Shown here piece after piece: positions 61,611-64,000 of a DNA stretch of 64,000 nt (positions are counted from its first letter, which is position 1; every line of letters begins with the position of its first letter). The notes under the pieces are model-generated. The model ran no database searches. It was not told where the DNA came from and saw nothing but the letters and a program-made list of their open reading frames with translations. Both the position numbers and the translations under genes were made by a program. The DNA is from Eutreptiella sp. 'Long Island Sound 2002' (Eukaryota; Protista; Euglenida), in the NCBI GenBank assembly GCA_964036045.1, contig OZ038378.1:15376001-15440000 (forward strand). The letters are read 5' to 3'.

Positions 61611-62932
61611 CCCTCCACCAGGCTTGCCTATCTACCAGTTCCAATTGATCCTTTGCACAACCTAGTTTGTAGAATGTATCATGCAATGCCACAGCCCCCC
61701 ATGTGTGTGTGCTGGTCCTTGGTCTACCAATAGCTTTTAGCTCTCAGGGGTGCCAACCCCCCTCCGTGTTGCCGGCCCTCAAGTGCCTCAAGTTCCAAGA
61801 ATGTAGCATGTTCACGCAACTAGTCACTCGCGGAACAGCTTGTAGAATTTTTGGAGCGAAGCTTGCATCCAACAAATTACCCCACAATGCATGTCACATT
61901 TCTAGCATTGCCCTCAGCCAAATGTCAAGCAAGGCATCCACTAATCTTCCACTGGCCAAAGAGGTGTGATCACCCCCATCCTATTTTTTGAGGAGAATTT
62001 CCCAGCATCATCTGCTTCTATCTGTGGTAGCATGCAATGTTGCAAGCACCTAAGGAATGCACATCCTGATCTGGACTTCCAAGCAAAAAATCCCTTTTAC
62101 TGACGCCATACCTAAGCCAAGACACATTGGATAGTGCACCGCATGAGCTCAAGGCGAAATTGGGTACTAGTGCAGTGCAAGCTTGGGAGACTGCCGATGG
62201 AACATTGTGGATGAACTTGAGCGATTAAGGTGATTCAATAAATGGTTCATGGGCCTACAAGGTAGGTTATCTATAATGCTTGTTGAAGAATTTCCAAATG
62301 TTTACTCGGCCTTTTTGTATCTCCGGGCCCAATTGTCAATGGCTTGGGCAATGGTCCCATTTCACAACAGCGCGGTGACAAGAGGGGGGCATGTTTAGAC
62401 ATTGTAGTAGGGGCCGCTGCACAAAGGTCGCCAAGCACTCCTCATATGCACGTTCTTGTATGCAAATGAAGCAGTGTTGAATAGTTCAATAGTGCAGGTC
62501 ATTATGTGCTTACCTTCACCTTAGTTGCACCATGTGTCCGCCGAGCATTCATATAGCCGGCCTAGGGTAAGTGACATGCCCGGAATTGGGTTCATGCCCG
62601 GGTGCCCTGTCCTCTTCCCTGTCCGGGTACAGCGGGGTGGCGGGAGGAACGAGCCTGCACGAGTCCTACGCCCCGGGGGGGCGGCCGGGCCCGGTCCTTG
62701 TATGCGACACTCCCCAGCCCCCCCCCCCCCCCCAGGTTTTGAAAGATAGTGGTGCCGGGTCGGCCACCAACAAGTGTCCCTAGAGAAAACTGTCCGGCGC
62801 CGAAGGCGCCAATTTTTTTTCATACTATGTGTTTATACTCAAAATGCTCAAAATTTTGTAGAGAATTCATATTTGTGTTAAAACAACAAGAAAAAAATTT
62901 TGACCTGAAGGAGGGCTACAGGAGGGCTGCAG

Positions 62933-63046
62933 GCCCTAACAGCAACCCTAGCCCTAACCCTAACCCTAACCCTAGGGCTAACCCTAACCCTAGGGTTAAC
63001 CCTAACCCTAGTGCTAACCCTAACCCTAACGTTAACCATAACCCAA
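62933..63046 (+). repeat. Interstitial telomere-like repeat (CCCTAA)n, degenerate
   Basis: CCCTAACAGCAACCCTAGCCCTAACCCTAACCCTAACCCTAGGGCTAACCCTAACC...; ordinary sequence continues on both sides. Confidence 0.85.
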
Positions 63047-64000
63047 ATCCCCCCCCCTCACCCCTGGCTGGACACCCCCCTGACCCCCGGCCAGACCCCC
63101 CCCAACCCCCCGGTTGGACCCCCCCCCCGACCCCCGGCTGGACCCCCCCCGACCCCTGGCTGGACCCCCCCCCCAACTGCCCCCCCCCCTCCAAGTTTTG
63201 ACAGATAGCCCGGGGGGGAGGGGGGGGTTTCGCATCAAGACCGGTTGTAGTTGCCCCCTCGGGTCCTACGCCTTGCACTTTCTCTATCTCCCTTCAAAAC
63301 GGGTGTGTACAGCTTCACGGACCATCCAAGGCGGATACAGCAATCCAATTAAAATGGCGGCATCACCCAGATCCTCCAATGGGACCTCCATCTCCTATGA
63401 ATTGTCGGGGACCTCTACCGTGGGGGGCGCAATCACGCATCTTTTTTGATGGCGACCATGCCTCTGCCTCTCTAGGCCGTTTTGGGCGCCGTGGCATCGC
63501 TTAGCTCAAGAGGTTTGAGTGTTGGGAGTGGATCATTTGCTGGGCCCAGGCCCCTTAGGCCACCATGTGTTCCGACATTTGCACCTTCAAAGATGGCACG
63601 CATGTGTCTCCCCCCTCATCCATGAGATGGAGACACACACGTTGATCACCACAACATAGTGGGGGGAGCACGTCTATGAGGAAAAAAAGACCACTGCGAT
63701 ATGAACATGCAAGAAGCGGGACCGCCACAGGTGTGCCAACCATGGAGATGCAAACAACAAAACGGGCCTCCATATGCCATCGCACTGCTCCTTCTTTGCG
63801 GAGGAAATAGGTTTGCCAAAGGGTGAGGGAACACACTGCACCAACCAAAATCAGTATTGTAACTCAGACTAGCCCATCATGGGCCCCGTCAACAAACAGA
63901 ATCAAACCTGGCCCGGCCCACCATTTTCCCATCAATGCCGGCTCATCCTTGTGAAGATCCAACTCGAGACATAGGGTCTGCACATCCGCCGAAGGGGCAC

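Noticed and set aside
62933-63046. True chromosome end
   Set aside because: The tract is short and degenerate, and it has non-telomeric sequence on both sides.

Overview
Eukaryotic nuclear DNA, repeat-rich and gene-poor. It has GC-rich exons, long GT-AG introns, (TG)n/(CA)n microsatellites, G/C homopolymer runs and TTAGGG-type telomeric motifs. The overall style suggests a euglenid-like protist, but this is unverified inference. Three spliced + strand genes can be assembled by hand with phase-consistent GT-AG junctions. (1) The 3' part of a Dispatched/Patched-like RND membrane protein (5 exons, 805-17864; 5' end outside the window). (2) A 2-exon phytanoyl-CoA-dioxygenase-like Fe(II)/2OG oxygenase with a hydrophobic C-terminal extension (28847-31182). 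(3) An 8-exon, ~979-aa coiled-coil protein of unknown identity (36071-51023). Introns and intergenic DNA hold decayed mobile elements and satellites. These include a 5'-truncated LINE flanked by a ~155-bp direct duplication anchored in a (CA)n tract, and a 5.9-kb non-coding insertion built from 96-bp and 49-bp hairpin arrays inside a (TG)n tract with a 15-bp duplication. There are also a DIRS-like RT remnant, two DDE transposase remnants, an RNase H remnant, 103/170/48-bp satellites and an interstitial (CCCTAA)n tract. The very long ORFs at 9.1-14.4 kb are by-products of stop-free repeats. No rRNA, tRNA or CRISPR array was recognised. All family assignments come from motif recognition by eye, without database searches.
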